A stretch of DNA of 59,648 nt, the filler included, from Chthonomonadaceae bacterium (GTDB taxonomy: Bacteria > Armatimonadota > Chthonomonadetes > Chthonomonadales > Chthonomonadaceae): NCBI GenBank assembly GCA_035650735.1. It is 4 parts of 4 records of this genome, joined end to end, with 100 filler letters (N's around TTAATTAATTAA, not from the genome) between each part and the next. Parts side by side here need not be neighbours in the genome. Positions count along the whole stretch, not along the records: positions 32,095 to 51,097 come from DASRGZ010000192.1; positions 51,198 to 59,648 come from DASRGZ010000203.1; 2 more parts are not named here. One strand, given 5' to 3'. The translations under genes and the position numbers were made by a program. Shown in pieces: positions 48,829 through 59,158 of the stretch (the stretch's first letter is position 1; each line of letters begins with the position of its first letter). A model generated the notes under the pieces. It searched no databases. It saw only the letters and a program-made list of their open reading frames with translations, and was not told where the DNA came from.

Positions 48829-49692
48829 TCACGGCAAGATCAGCATGATCGTATCGCCAGGCGAGAGCGATAGAGTGCGCGCCGCGTGGCCGTTGCGTAT
48901 TCCGATCTCCAGCGTCCCGGAGCTGCCCCAGTAGGCCAGCGGGCTGCCGACGGCGACATCGGCAAAGGTGCGCGCAATGCCGCGCCACCGCTGCTTCCCG
49001 GCCCGCACCATGCACTGCGCGGCCAGGTCGCCCTCTTCCTCCCCGCCGACCTCCTCCAGCCAGGCGGCCCATCGCTGCGGGGTTAGATCGGTTATCAGGT
49101 TGCCAAAGTGGTCTGTGTAGAGCACGTGCAGACGCAGCATCGGCTGCCCATCCGCGGTGCGCTTCGGCAGCGGCTCCGGCAGAATGAGCTGGCTTGGCGG
49201 CAGGGTCGGGCCGCCATCGTCGAGCGCCTCCAGGGGCAGACCCGCCGCCAGGTGGGCCGCGATGGGGGCGAAGATGTCCCGCCCATGAAAGGTCGCGCTG
49301 ACCGGGTGGCGATAGTAGGCGCACGCCGCCTCTCCCAGCCGCACCACCCGCCGCGCCGGCATCTGCCGCAGCGGAGCGGTCAGCACGCCGTTATCGGGCG
49401 CGACGAAAAGGCACGTCTCTGTCTCGACTACCAGGGCGTCCCGCGCGCTGCCCACCCCAGGATCTACCACGACCAGATGGATCGTCCCGCTCGGAAAATA
49501 GGGGCAGGCCGCAGCCAGGCGCAGGCTGGCTGCCAGGATGTTCTGGGGCGCTATGTCGTGGGTCAGATCCACCAGGCGGGCCTGCGGGGCGATGCCCAGA
49601 ATGACCCCTTTCATGACCCCCACGTACACATCGGAGAGGCCAAAATCCGTCGTCAGAGTGAGAATGGGAGATAAAGAAGACCCAACCGCCAT
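48829..49692 (-). CDS. SAM hydroxide adenosyltransferase / chlorinase-fluorinase family (DUF62)
   Basis: LTTDFG, DLTH, VVDPGVG, APDNG, TFHGRDIFAP, DHFGN. Confidence 0.92.
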   Translation of the reverse strand: MAVGSSLSPILTLTTDFGLSDVYVGVMKGVILGIAPQARLVDLTHDIAPQNILAASLRLAAACPYFPSGTIHLVVVDPGVGSARDALVVETETCLFVAPDNGVLTAPLRQMPARRVVRLGEAACAYYRHPVSATFHGRDIFAPIAAHLAAGLPLEALDDGGPTLPPSQLILPEPLPKRTADGQPMLRLHVLYTDHFGNLITDLTPQRWAAWLEEVGGEEEGDLAAQCMVRAGKQRWRGIARTFADVAVGSPLAYWGSSGTLEIGIRNGHAARTLSLSPGDTIMLILP

Positions 49693-50070
49693 CGGCAACG
49701 GCTCCTCCAGAGCGCGCGAGCAGCATCTACCTGTGAATTATACCGACTCAGGCGGTCTATTTCCTACCTGAATCACACAACTTTTCTGAGAATTTTTAAA
49801 AAAGGCGTCTAACAAGCTCGCGCACATTGCCGGCCATAACGCCAGGAACCGGGAGGCGCTGCCGTTTCCTGGCTGCCGGTCGGCTTCCGGCCTGAGTTTC
49901 GGGCAGCGTCCGCTCCCGGCCTTGCGGCAAATTTAGGCCGGGCTAAAATTTTTTCACGGATAGATAGATTATGCTCTTCAGGCGGGTATAATTCATATCC
50001 GGTGGCCCGTCTTAAACTTGGGACGGTATCCAGAAGGTTCGTATAACTTCACGAAAAGGAGAACGTTGCG

Positions 50071-50817
50071 TTGATTTCCCGACGTGCCTTCACGCTGATT
50101 GAGCTTCTCGTCGTCATCGCGATTATAGCCATCCTGGCCGCGATCCTGTTCCCCGTCTTTTCCCAGGCGCGGGAGAAAGCGCGCCAGACCGCCTGCCTTT
50201 CCAATCTGCGCCAGATCGGCTTGGCGACCCTAATGTATGCCCAGGACTATGACGATCATATCGTCAATACGGAGTTGGGCGGCGACGCGGGCCAGGAGTA
50301 CTTCTGGGGCGATATGCTCGCGCCCTATCTAAAGAACCGGGACATCCTCGCCTGTCCCAGCGCCGACGTGCGCTTGCAGTACGATCCGACGACCAAGACC
50401 AGCCTGGAATGGACCTATAACTACGGCATCAACGATATTATTGCGGCCAATTGTGTAGATGCGGACGATCCGGCCTGCCGCCACATCGGCGTAGCGGGGC
50501 AGGCCAGCGCAGCCATTGACCAGCCCGCCTCCACCATCTTGATCGTGGATAATCTGCCCTCCCAGACAGATACCGGCGACGGCGATGACACCATCCTCGG
50601 CCATGCGCGCCACGAGATCAACTGGCAGTGGGGCCATCGCGATCCAACCCGGCTGACGGTCGGCGGCAAGTCGCAGGATGGCTATTCCCGCCACAGCGAC
50701 GGCTTTGTTCTGGTGCTCTCGGATGGGCACTCCAAGTGGCGCAAGCGGGAGAAACTCTCGGACAACACCTTCCGGGGCGGCACAAAAGACGAGGAATGGC
50801 TTGCCAATTCGCCCTAA
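50071..50817 (+). CDS. Prepilin-type N-terminal cleavage/methylation protein (DUF1559 / H-X9-DG type)
   Basis: [53 protein letters not shown]. Confidence 0.92.
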   Translation: MISRRAFTLIELLVVIAIIAILAAILFPVFSQAREKARQTACLSNLRQIGLATLMYAQDYDDHIVNTELGGDAGQEYFWGDMLAPYLKNRDILACPSADVRLQYDPTTKTSLEWTYNYGINDIIAANCVDADDPACRHIGVAGQASAAIDQPASTILIVDNLPSQTDTGDGDDTILGHARHEINWQWGHRDPTRLTVGGKSQDGYSRHSDGFVLVLSDGHSKWRKREKLSDNTFRGGTKDEEWLANSP

Positions 50818-50878
50818 ATCGCTCTCTGTAGGGTACACTTTGGCATATCCGGCCTGCGTATAGCCCTAGCTCCGGAAG

Positions 50879-51097
50879 ACCTCACCCCGGCCTACTGCAA
50901 GGGTCGGGCCTGCAATGGACTGCCAGGGGCGGGCCTGCCATGGTTGGGCCACTGCTAGGGTCGCCGGAGTTACGGCCTCCGGCTCCGCCTAGCGACACCT
51001 TGCGACACGGCTCTGCCTTGCGACAGCCCTCCGCCTAGCGAGGCCACCCCTCTCCTTCGTAAGGAGAGGGGCCTGACAGGAAGCACTCTCCCCTCTC
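50879..51097 (+). repeat. REP with nested 45-nt elements (50894-51041)
   Basis: CCTCACCCCGGCCT[insert]GGCCACCCCTCTCCTTCGTAAGGAGAGGGG; inner unit GCTAGG/CCTAGC and GCCGGAG/CTCCGGC. Confidence 0.88.
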
Positions 51098-51197
51098 NNN
51101 NNNNNNNNNNNNNNNNNNNNNNNNNNNNNNNNNNNNNNNNNTTAATTAATTAANNNNNNNNNNNNNNNNNNNNNNNNNNNNNNNNNNNNNNNNNNNN
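51098..51197. other. Artificial contig spacer
   Basis: N44-TTAATTAATTAA-N44. Confidence 0.97.
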
Positions 51198-52285
51198 AGC
51201 AGGCACTCGGCGATCAGATTATCGCTCGGCTTGTTGAGCCGCCGCAGCAGCGCCGACAGCGGCACAGAAACGTGTTCCGCCACAACCGGCGCCTCTGGTG
51301 AGATCGGTGCTCCCTCTCGCACGCCGCCCGCAATAGCAACGCCCTGCCGCCGCAGCCGTTCCGCCAGCACAAAGGCCGCAAAGCGCGACGGGTTCTCGAT
51401 GGTCACGCCGACGGACCGATTATCCTTCGCGGCGACATCTATCGGCAGGCTGCCGCTCACGGTGAGGATGTTCCTGCCGCGCACGCGACCGATAACGAGG
51501 CTGGGCTTGCTCTTTGGCGGCCCGGTGAGGGCCGTATTAACCAGCGCGGTATACTTGTCCGTCGGCCCGATGAGGACGCGCGCATGCTCCCCCACCCGGC
51601 GCCCCGGCAATACCTGCACAGAGACCAGGTTCTCGTTGAGGTTGAGCGCGCTGATCTGCGCGGAGTAGTAGTACGGCTCATCATCCCAGGACCAGCCTTC
51701 GCCAAGCCGCTGCCGGTCGAAGAGGGAGTCATCGAAACGCACGCCGCCGGTCACGCGCCGGATGCCGGCTCGCGCGACCTGGCGCGCTATCTCGTCCAGA
51801 TCGCGCGGCGACAGAAGCGGGTCGCCAGCGCCGCGTAAGACAAGCTCGCCCTGTAGGGTTCCTCCCCGCGTGATTGGCCCCGTGCGAAAGAGGCGTGTGC
51901 GATAGACGTAGTTGGGGCCGAGTATGGCCAGGGTCGCCGCCGAGGTCAGCAGCTTATTATTGGAGGCCGGCAGGAAAACAGGGTCAGCGTTGCGCTCGTA
52001 GAGCGTAGAGCCGTCGGTCAGGGATTGGATGAGGACGCCCTGGAAGCCCATCGCAAGCGCGGGGACGTTCAGCGCGGCGTCTATAGCGCGCGCCAATGCG
52101 GGATCGCTGCCGCGCCCGGCCTCCTGGCCGCGCGCCATAGCAGGCAGAAGGCCGCAGAGGCATACAAGGCAAATCAGGCGCAGCCTGATGCCCTCTCCGC
52201 ACATTAGCCTGCGCGTGCCGTAGCATAGCCCTATTCCAGACAGAAGCAGCCGCGCCAACCGGCACAGCCAGACAGGCAACCTCAT
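51198..52285 (-). CDS. dacB: D-alanyl-D-alanine carboxypeptidase/endopeptidase (PBP4, S13), 3' truncated
   Basis: PASNNKL (SxxK), GAGDP, GWSWDD, KPSDN (SxN); start uncertain. Confidence 0.9.
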
Positions 52286-52290
52286 GCCCC

Positions 52291-54225
52291 TTATTTGGAC
52301 GCCGCCCGGCCCAACTCCTGCGTCGTGGCTGTCGGCAGCGGCGCCGCGTTCGTCAGTCCCTCCAGCCGGTAGAGCTTATCGTGCCCGACCGCGCACAGCT
52401 CCTGCCCATAGGTCCGCACCAGCCGTAGGCCGAACGGCTGTAGGTTGATAGAGACCGGGTTCTCCGGGCGCACCCTCTCGCCTTCCTCCGGCGCGTCCAG
52501 CATAACGGCATACCCGATGTTATCGCGCCGCAGGTCGCTCAGGAAGTGCTCCCAGGTGTCCAGGCGGATTCGCCATTGCAGCGTCGGATCGATCATAAAG
52601 CATTCCTGGTCGCTATAGTAGGGCGCGCCGCTCAGGATGACGGCGACCCGCGCGTTCTCAGGCAGCTCGGAGTTCGCCCGGTCCCAGAGCCTCGTGAGTG
52701 GAAGCTTCTGCGCCAGGTAGGCATCGCGGCTCACCCGCCCTGCCGCCGTCTCCGCCGCCAGACCTAGCTCGGCGCCCTGCCCACGCACGTAGCCCATCCC
52801 TTGCAGCACCAGAGCGCCTACCAGCGCCCACTGCAGCGCGCGACTGCGCGTGAGCGGCTTTGCCAGAGCCAGGCACAGCACCACGTACACGAGCGGCAGG
52901 AGAGGCATCAGCAGCCGCAGATAGAGCCCGGTGACGCCCAAGGCGATGAGCAGGAGCAGCGTCGTCAATGCGGCCAGCGCCCGCGCCTCCCAATCTTTCC
53001 AGCGCCAGATCAGCGCCGCCCCGATCCCAACCGTCAGCAGCATCGCTGCCAGCCGCGCCAGTTTGCGCTGGCCCAGGTTCCAGCCCCCGCCGATGCCGGT
53101 GCCCCAGTTGTAGTACTTCATGTATTCATCGAACGCCCTGGCGGCCTGCGGGCTCCAGTCTCGTGTCGGAAAGAGGTTGGAGAAGACCGGATAGACCGGG
53201 TTTCCCGTCAGCAGCCAGGTCCGTCCCAGCCAGGGCAGCACCGGCAGCAGCGCCAGTCCTACAAACAACGCCGCCAGTTTCCCAGCCTCTCCTATCGGCC
53301 TGCCCTGCCGGCGCAGCTCCCAGAGCGTCAGCAGTCCCAGTCCCAGCCCCACAAAGCTGCCGGTTAGCTTGAAAGAGGCGGCAAAGCCGGCGCACAGGGC
53401 CGCGCCCCAGAGCCAGCCGCGCGCTCCCGTCCGGCTCCAGAGCAGCCAGGAGAGCACCGCACAGACGATCTCCAGCGTGATGCCCAGATCCACATAGGCC
53501 CAGGAGAACAGCCCAAGCGCGCTCACCCTCGGCGCCAGCAGCAGCCAGAGCGCGGCCAGAGCAAACCCGACGGCCTCGCCGCGCAGCCGCCTGCCCAGGG
53601 CCAGCAGGGCCAGCAAGGTCAGCACGCCGAAGGCATAGTGGATCAACTTGGCAGCCGTCTCGCTCCAGAGCGCGAGCGCCAGGGTAAACAACATCTCCAC
53701 GCCCATCGGCGCCTGCGTGTGAATGAGCGTGGGAAGGTATTGCAGATGCCCGGATTGCAGGAAGCGTTTTGGCGCCACCAGATGGTAGCCGATGCCGTCG
53801 GGGTCGGTGGGCGGACAGAGGGCGTAGAGCAGAGCGACTCCAAGCACGACCAGAATGGGCACGGCCCCTGCCAGCATCCACGCCTCCGGCAGCGCGCGGC
53901 GCCGCCTCTGCACGGCCCGCCCTATTCCCCGCACCACCCGGATCATGTCCGGGGCCAGCAGGAGGGCTAGCAGCCCCAGCCCCAGCCGGAGAGTTCCGGG
54001 CTTGAGCAGGCCGCCCCCCCCCAGTCCGAAAGGCAGATACTGCAAGAGCCCCAGCCCCAGCGCCGCCGATATCGCGCCCCGCTCTAAGGCCGAGACCTCT
54101 CCCAGAGGCGCCCGCAGCCAGCGCAGCAGCCGGTATCCTAGCGCCGTGCCCAGCAGCGTCAGGGTCAGCACAAACGGAGGGTCTTGAACGAGTGGCAGGG
54201 AACTTATCGGTACGTGGTAGCTCAT
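52291..54225 (-). CDS. Polytopic membrane protein, GT-C-fold glycosyltransferase-like
   Basis: Many TM helices; D...YHL..PK, AYVD, SFKLTG, TGNPVYP motifs. Confidence 0.7.
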   Translation of the reverse strand: MSYHVPISSLPLVQDPPFVLTLTLLGTALGYRLLRWLRAPLGEVSALERGAISAALGLGLLQYLPFGLGGGGLLKPGTLRLGLGLLALLLAPDMIRVVRGIGRAVQRRRRALPEAWMLAGAVPILVVLGVALLYALCPPTDPDGIGYHLVAPKRFLQSGHLQYLPTLIHTQAPMGVEMLFTLALALWSETAAKLIHYAFGVLTLLALLALGRRLRGEAVGFALAALWLLLAPRVSALGLFSWAYVDLGITLEIVCAVLSWLLWSRTGARGWLWGAALCAGFAASFKLTGSFVGLGLGLLTLWELRRQGRPIGEAGKLAALFVGLALLPVLPWLGRTWLLTGNPVYPVFSNLFPTRDWSPQAARAFDEYMKYYNWGTGIGGGWNLGQRKLARLAAMLLTVGIGAALIWRWKDWEARALAALTTLLLLIALGVTGLYLRLLMPLLPLVYVVLCLALAKPLTRSRALQWALVGALVLQGMGYVRGQGAELGLAAETAAGRVSRDAYLAQKLPLTRLWDRANSELPENARVAVILSGAPYYSDQECFMIDPTLQWRIRLDTWEHFLSDLRRDNIGYAVMLDAPEEGERVRPENPVSINLQPFGLRLVRTYGQELCAVGHDKLYRLEGLTNAAPLPTATTQELGRAASK

Positions 54226-54529
54226 CCAGCAATCGGTCTCCTGGCAAGCGGCCCGAACTCAGATGCAAGAGGCCGCAGTGCTTCCATCCAGAAGGCGCAG
54301 GAATTTGCCGTAAGTGGCCCCAACTCTGGTTAGAGAGGCCGCTCCTGCGCGCCCCACAGGAAACGTTCGTATGGTTATCGGGCCGGAGCGCCGATTCCTT
54401 TATTGCCAGGTTCCTTCCATTTTGCTCTCAGACGGCCACGGAAGGACCCTGTCTTTATTGCCGGCAAGGGAGGCAAAAGGCCGCGGCGCGTTGAATTTTC
54501 GGGAAAACGGTTGGAAGGAAGAGGGATTC

Positions 54530-55498
54530 ATGGCGGTGGAACCGGTGATTGTGGCGACGTGGCGGTTTGGCGTGCCGGCGTGCCAGGTCGGATGGGAACG
54601 ATTGGCGGCGGGAGCGTCCGTGCTGGATGCGGTCGAGGCGGGCGCCAACGTGGTAGAGGAAGACCCAGCGGTCACCTCGGTCGGCTATGGCGGCCTGCCC
54701 AACGCCGAGGGCATCGTCGAATTGGATGCCGCCATCATGGACGGCGCGACGCACGCCGCCGGCTCCGTCGCCGGATTGACCTCCATTCGCCGTCCCATCT
54801 CCGTGGCCCGTCGGGTGATGGAGCGCACGCCCCACGTCCTGCTCGTGGGGCAAAACGCCCGCCGCTTCGCCCTTCAGGAGGGTTTCCCGGAGGCGGAACT
54901 GCTGACCCCAGAGAGTCGGGACCGCTGGCTGCGCTGGCGCCTGGAGCAGTCGGCTCCCGACGTGGCCCATTTTGAGCCGGCCCCGCCCCTGCCTCCTCCC
55001 CCGACGCCCGAAGATCACGATACCATCGGCCTGTGCGCACTGGACCGGCAGGGCGATCTGGCTGCCGGCTGCACGACCAGCGGCCTGGCCTGGAAGCGTC
55101 CTGGCCGCGTCGGCGACTCGCCCATCATCGGCTCCGGCCTCTACGTGGATAACGCAGTCGGCGCGTGCGCCGCCACCGGCCAGGGCGACGAGATCATGAA
55201 AGCCTGCCTTAGCTACCGCGTCGTCCTGCTCATGGAGCAGGGCCGCACGGCGCAGGAGGCCTGTGAGGAGAGTCTGCGCTATCTCCTGCGCAAGCGTCCT
55301 CCGGAACAGCACAACCATTACGGCGCGGCCCTCATCGCCATTCGCAAAGACGGCCTGGTTGGCGCCGCCGGGACGCTCTCCGGCTTCCATGCCCCGGACC
55401 GGCTCTGGCAGTGGGCCCTCGCGCGCTCGTCGGAAGTCGTCCTCAACGCAGGCCCCTATGTCACTCTGGAGGGCACTCACCTTCATTTAACTGCTTGA
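54530..55498 (+). CDS. N(4)-(beta-N-acetylglucosaminyl)-L-asparaginase / type-2 asparaginase (Ntn hydrolase)
   Basis: SVGYGGLPN, ELDAAIMDG, HDTIG autocleavage site, TTSG, GRVGDSP, TGQGD. Confidence 0.9.
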   Translation: MAVEPVIVATWRFGVPACQVGWERLAAGASVLDAVEAGANVVEEDPAVTSVGYGGLPNAEGIVELDAAIMDGATHAAGSVAGLTSIRRPISVARRVMERTPHVLLVGQNARRFALQEGFPEAELLTPESRDRWLRWRLEQSAPDVAHFEPAPPLPPPPTPEDHDTIGLCALDRQGDLAAGCTTSGLAWKRPGRVGDSPIIGSGLYVDNAVGACAATGQGDEIMKACLSYRVVLLMEQGRTAQEACEESLRYLLRKRPPEQHNHYGAALIAIRKDGLVGAAGTLSGFHAPDRLWQWALARSSEVVLNAGPYVTLEGTHLHLTA

Positions 55499-55633
55499 GC
55501 ATCGGCCAGCGCGCCCCTCCTGATTTACCTTTCCATAGGGAGTAGGCAGCCAGTTCAAATCAGGCTCAAGGAGGAGCAGGAGCGCGGCAGGGCCATTGCC
55601 CCCGGCTTTGCTGCCCTCAGGTATAATGGCGGT

Positions 55634-57550
55634 ATGAAACACGTCATCATCGGCACGGCAGGACACGTAGACCACGGCAAAAGCACGCTCATTCAGGCGC
55701 TCACCGGCACCAACCCGGACCGACTCAAGGAGGAGCAGGAGCGCGGCATGACCATTGACCTCGGCTTTGCCGCCCTCCGACTTCCCGACGGCACGGTCGC
55801 CGGCATTGTGGACGTGCCCGGCCACGAGCGTTTCTTGAAAAACATGCTCGCCGGCGCAGGCGGCGTGGACGTCGTCCTGCTGGTGGTCGCGGCGGATGAG
55901 AGCGTCATGCCCCAGACGCTAGAGCACCTGGACATCCTACGCCTGTTAGACGTGCGCAACGGCGTGATCGCCCTCACCAAAAGCGACCTGGTGGATAAAG
56001 AGTGGTCGGACGCTGTCGAGGAAGACATTCACAGCCACTTAAAGGGCACCTTTCTGGAGGACGCGCCCATCCTCCGCGTCTCCGCCGTCACCGGCAAAGG
56101 GCTCGATGCCCTCAAGCGCGCCCTCCTCTCCGCCGTCAGCCGCGCCGAGGCTCGTAACGCCGCCCTGCCCTTCCGCCTGCCCATAGACAGGGTTTTCACC
56201 CGGCCCGGCTTCGGCACGGTCGTCACCGGCACGCTGGTGGCGGGCACGCTGCGCGTCGGCGATGCCGTCGAGATCGTGCCGCAGGGCACCACGACGCGCG
56301 TGCGCGGCCTGCAGGTCCACGGGCAGAAGGTGGCGGAGGCGGAAGCCGGTTCCCGCGTCGCGGTCAATATCGCGGGCGTGGAGACGGAGGCGATTGAGCG
56401 CGGCGCGCAGTTGATCGCTCCCGGGTCGCTTGCGCCCACGCCGCGGTTCGACGCTCTGCTTCGCTTGCTGGAGCATGCCCCCAAACCGCTGCCGGATCGC
56501 GCCCGCGTGCGGGTCTACCTGGGCACGGCGGAAATTCTGGGCCGCATCCGCCTGCTGGATAAGCGCGCGGAGCTCAAGCCAGGCGAACGCGCCTACATCC
56601 AGTTCCAGGGCGAGACCGAGTTCGCCCGCGCGCGCGGTGACCGCTTTGTCGTGCGCAGCTATTCCCCCATGACCACCATCGGCGGCGGCATCGTGCTCGA
56701 CGCCGCGCCCTCCCGCCACCGCAAGGGGGATGCCGCGACTCTGGCGGCCCTGGAGGCCAAAGAGCGCGGCGCGCCGGAAGACCTGGTGGAGACGGCCCTG
56801 GAGCGCAGCCCGGCGGGACTGCCCCGCAAGGAGCTGCCCGCCGCCAGTTCCCTGACGCCCGCCGACGCCGACAAAGCGCTCTCGGCGCTGACAGCATCAG
56901 GCCGCGTCGTCGGCCTGACGGGAGACCGGCTGTTTCATGCAGCGGTGCTCGGCCCGCTCACGGATCGGGCGCGCGCCGCGCTGGAAGCCTATCATGCCCG
57001 GTTCCCGCTGCGCGCCGGCATGCCCAAAGAGGAGCTGCGCGCCGCGTTGGAGACGGGCCGCTCCCGCGACCTCTTGAAAGGCGCGTTTGCCTCCCTGCTG
57101 GCCCATTGGGAGGCGCAGGGGCTTGTCGTCGTCGAAGGCGCCACGATCCGGCTCGCCGGATTCCAGGTGCAGCTTAACGAGCGTCAGAAGGCACTGCTGG
57201 AGCGCATCGAGCAGGTCTACCGGGAGTACGATATCGCCCCCCCGACCATCGAAGAGGTCTCCCGTGCCGTCAAGGCCCCGCCGGACGCCATCAATGCGCT
57301 GCTGCGCGTCGGCGTCGAGCGCGGGATCTTCTATCGGGTCCAGGAAGGCGTCTACTATCACAAAGACACCGTCGCCCGGCTACAGCAGTTGGTGCGGGAC
57401 TATATTGCCCGGCACGGCAGCATCACCGTCGGCGCGTTTCGCGACCTCACGGAGTCCAACCGGAAATTCGCCCTGTTGGCGCTGGAATTCTTCGACCAGA
57501 TACGCTTTACTCGCCGCCAGGGCGACGAGCGCGTTCTGGTTCATCCCTAG
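55634..57550 (+). CDS. selB: Selenocysteine-specific translation elongation factor
   Basis: GTAGHVDHGKS, RGMTIDLGFA, DVPGHERF, GFGTVVTGT, C-terminal FRDL..SNRKFA..LEFFD winged helix. Confidence 0.96.
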   Translation: MKHVIIGTAGHVDHGKSTLIQALTGTNPDRLKEEQERGMTIDLGFAALRLPDGTVAGIVDVPGHERFLKNMLAGAGGVDVVLLVVAADESVMPQTLEHLDILRLLDVRNGVIALTKSDLVDKEWSDAVEEDIHSHLKGTFLEDAPILRVSAVTGKGLDALKRALLSAVSRAEARNAALPFRLPIDRVFTRPGFGTVVTGTLVAGTLRVGDAVEIVPQGTTTRVRGLQVHGQKVAEAEAGSRVAVNIAGVETEAIERGAQLIAPGSLAPTPRFDALLRLLEHAPKPLPDRARVRVYLGTAEILGRIRLLDKRAELKPGERAYIQFQGETEFARARGDRFVVRSYSPMTTIGGGIVLDAAPSRHRKGDAATLAALEAKERGAPEDLVETALERSPAGLPRKELPAASSLTPADADKALSALTASGRVVGLTGDRLFHAAVLGPLTDRARAALEAYHARFPLRAGMPKEELRAALETGRSRDLLKGAFASLLAHWEAQGLVVVEGATIRLAGFQVQLNERQKALLERIEQVYREYDIAPPTIEEVSRAVKAPPDAINALLRVGVERGIFYRVQEGVYYHKDTVARLQQLVRDYIARHGSITVGAFRDLTESNRKFALLALEFFDQIRFTRRQGDERVLVHP

Positions 57551-57587
57551 CCTAGACCGAGGCTTACGGATGGGCGTTGGGGACCTC

Positions 57588-57860
57588 GACGGCAAGCCTT
57601 TCGGTGGCAAGCCCTTCTTGCTCAGGATGTCGTTGCCGCTATTTTCCTATTCATCGAGTTTCCCATTCATCGAGTCCATCAAAACGTCCGATAATATTTG
57701 ATTGAGACTAGCAAACCTACCAGAAAGCGTTTTTTATCTGGGCGCGCTAGCGCGCCCAGATAAAAAACGCGCGGCCCGCGCTCCTCCTCCTGCTCCTGCC
57801 TGCCTCCCTCGTGCGGTTGGCGGCGAAAAAGACGTACCGCAAACCTAAAGGCTTGCCGTC
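57588..57860. repeat. Element bounded by a 14-bp perfect IR, containing a 44-bp perfect palindrome (57727-57770)
   Basis: GACGGCAAGCCTTT / AAAGGCTTGCCGTC; GCGTTTTTTATCTGGGCGCGCT|AGCGCGCCCAGATAAAAAACGC. Confidence 0.6.
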
Positions 57861-57881
57861 CTAACAGAAACAGGCCGTTTC

Positions 57882-58976
57882 TTACTCGCGCCCTCCGTTG
57901 CGGCGGCCGTCTCCAGGCTGCTTCCCTACCAGCGCATCAAATTCGATGGTATTGGCAGCTTTGGCCCGGGCATCCTCGTAGCTCACCATCCCGGAATTCA
58001 CTAGATTCGCCAGCGATTGATCCAGGGTGATCATCCCATGCCGATGCCCTGTCTGCATAATGGAGCCGATCTGGAAGGTCTTCGACTCGCGAATCAGATT
58101 GCGCACTGCCGGTATCGCCACAAGTGTCTCAAAGGCAGCGAGGCGCCCCTGCCCGTCCCTGCGCTTGATCAACGTCTGCGAGATGACCCCGATCAGGTTG
58201 ACCGACATCTGCATCCGTACCTGCTGCTGCTGATGCGTCGGGAAGACATCGATCACGCGGTCCACCGTCTGGATGGCGTCTGTCGTATGGAGCGTCCCGA
58301 ACACCAGGTGGCCGGTCTCTGCCGCCGTGATCGCTAGCTGGATCGTCTCCAGGTCGCGCATCTCCCCGATCAGGATCACGTCCGGATCTTCGCGCAGGGC
58401 CGACCGCAGCGCGCCCTGAAACGAGAGCGTATCCGTATCCAGTTCGCGCTGATTGATCAGGGAGTACCTGTCCTCATGCACGAATTCTACCGGGTCTTCC
58501 ACCGTGATGATGTGCTCGGCGCGGGTGCGATTGATGTAATCGATCATTGCGGCCTGGGTCGTGGACTTGCCAGAGCCCGCCGGTCCGGTCACCAGCACCA
58601 GGCCGCGCGGGCGCTCGGAAAAGGTGCGAACGATGTCCGGTAACATCAGGTCTTCTATGGTCTTGATCTCATACGGAATGACCCGGAAGGCCCCGCCAAC
58701 GTAGCCCCGCTGCATATATAGGTTGCAGCGAAACCGGGCCACGCCCGCAATCTCATAGGCGAAATCCAGCTCCAGCTCTTCCTCGAAACGCGCCTTCTGC
58801 GTATCCGTTAGGATCGAAAAGCAGAGCCATTTGGCCTCCTCCGGCGTCAGCGGATCGAGGTCGAGCTGCATCAGATCGCCGTGAATGCGCACCAAAGGCG
58901 GACTCTCCGCCTTGATATGCAGGTCCGACCCCTGATTGTATACCGTCGATTCGAGAAGTTGATCCAGCAGAATCAT
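57882..58976 (-). CDS. pilT: Type IV pilus retraction ATPase (PilT/PilU family)
   Basis: SDLHI, GPAGSGKST, EDPVE, ALREDPDVILIGEMRD, TLHT. Confidence 0.92.
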   Translation of the reverse strand: MILLDQLLESTVYNQGSDLHIKAESPPLVRIHGDLMQLDLDPLTPEEAKWLCFSILTDTQKARFEEELELDFAYEIAGVARFRCNLYMQRGYVGGAFRVIPYEIKTIEDLMLPDIVRTFSERPRGLVLVTGPAGSGKSTTQAAMIDYINRTRAEHIITVEDPVEFVHEDRYSLINQRELDTDTLSFQGALRSALREDPDVILIGEMRDLETIQLAITAAETGHLVFGTLHTTDAIQTVDRVIDVFPTHQQQQVRMQMSVNLIGVISQTLIKRRDGQGRLAAFETLVAIPAVRNLIRESKTFQIGSIMQTGHRHGMITLDQSLANLVNSGMVSYEDARAKAANTIEFDALVGKQPGDGRRNGGRE

Positions 58977-59071
58977 GGAGTTTCACCTCGCCTCGCAAAG
59001 CTGCCGCCCCGATAAACGCGGGCAGCAATCGTTCTTCCGCGTCTGAAGTCTGCCCAGGAGCAACACACTTA

Positions 59072-59158
59072 GAGTACCTAACAAAACGTGGTGTAAGGCT
59101 CTATCCTCACCCCAACCCTCTGCCTTGCAGGGAAGGAGCACGGTTTTGTTAAACGCTC
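59072..59158. mobile_element. Miniature inverted-repeat element with TTA direct repeats
   Basis: TTA-GAGTACCTAACAAAAC...GTTTTGTTAAACGCTC-TTA (12/16 TIR match); the right TTA is the pilT stop. Confidence 0.6.

Noticed and set aside
48281..48830. ORFs or a riboswitch between the ECF sigma and the DUF62 gene
   Set aside because: Low-complexity Ala/Arg/Pro frames without RBS, and no RNA motif I could recognise.
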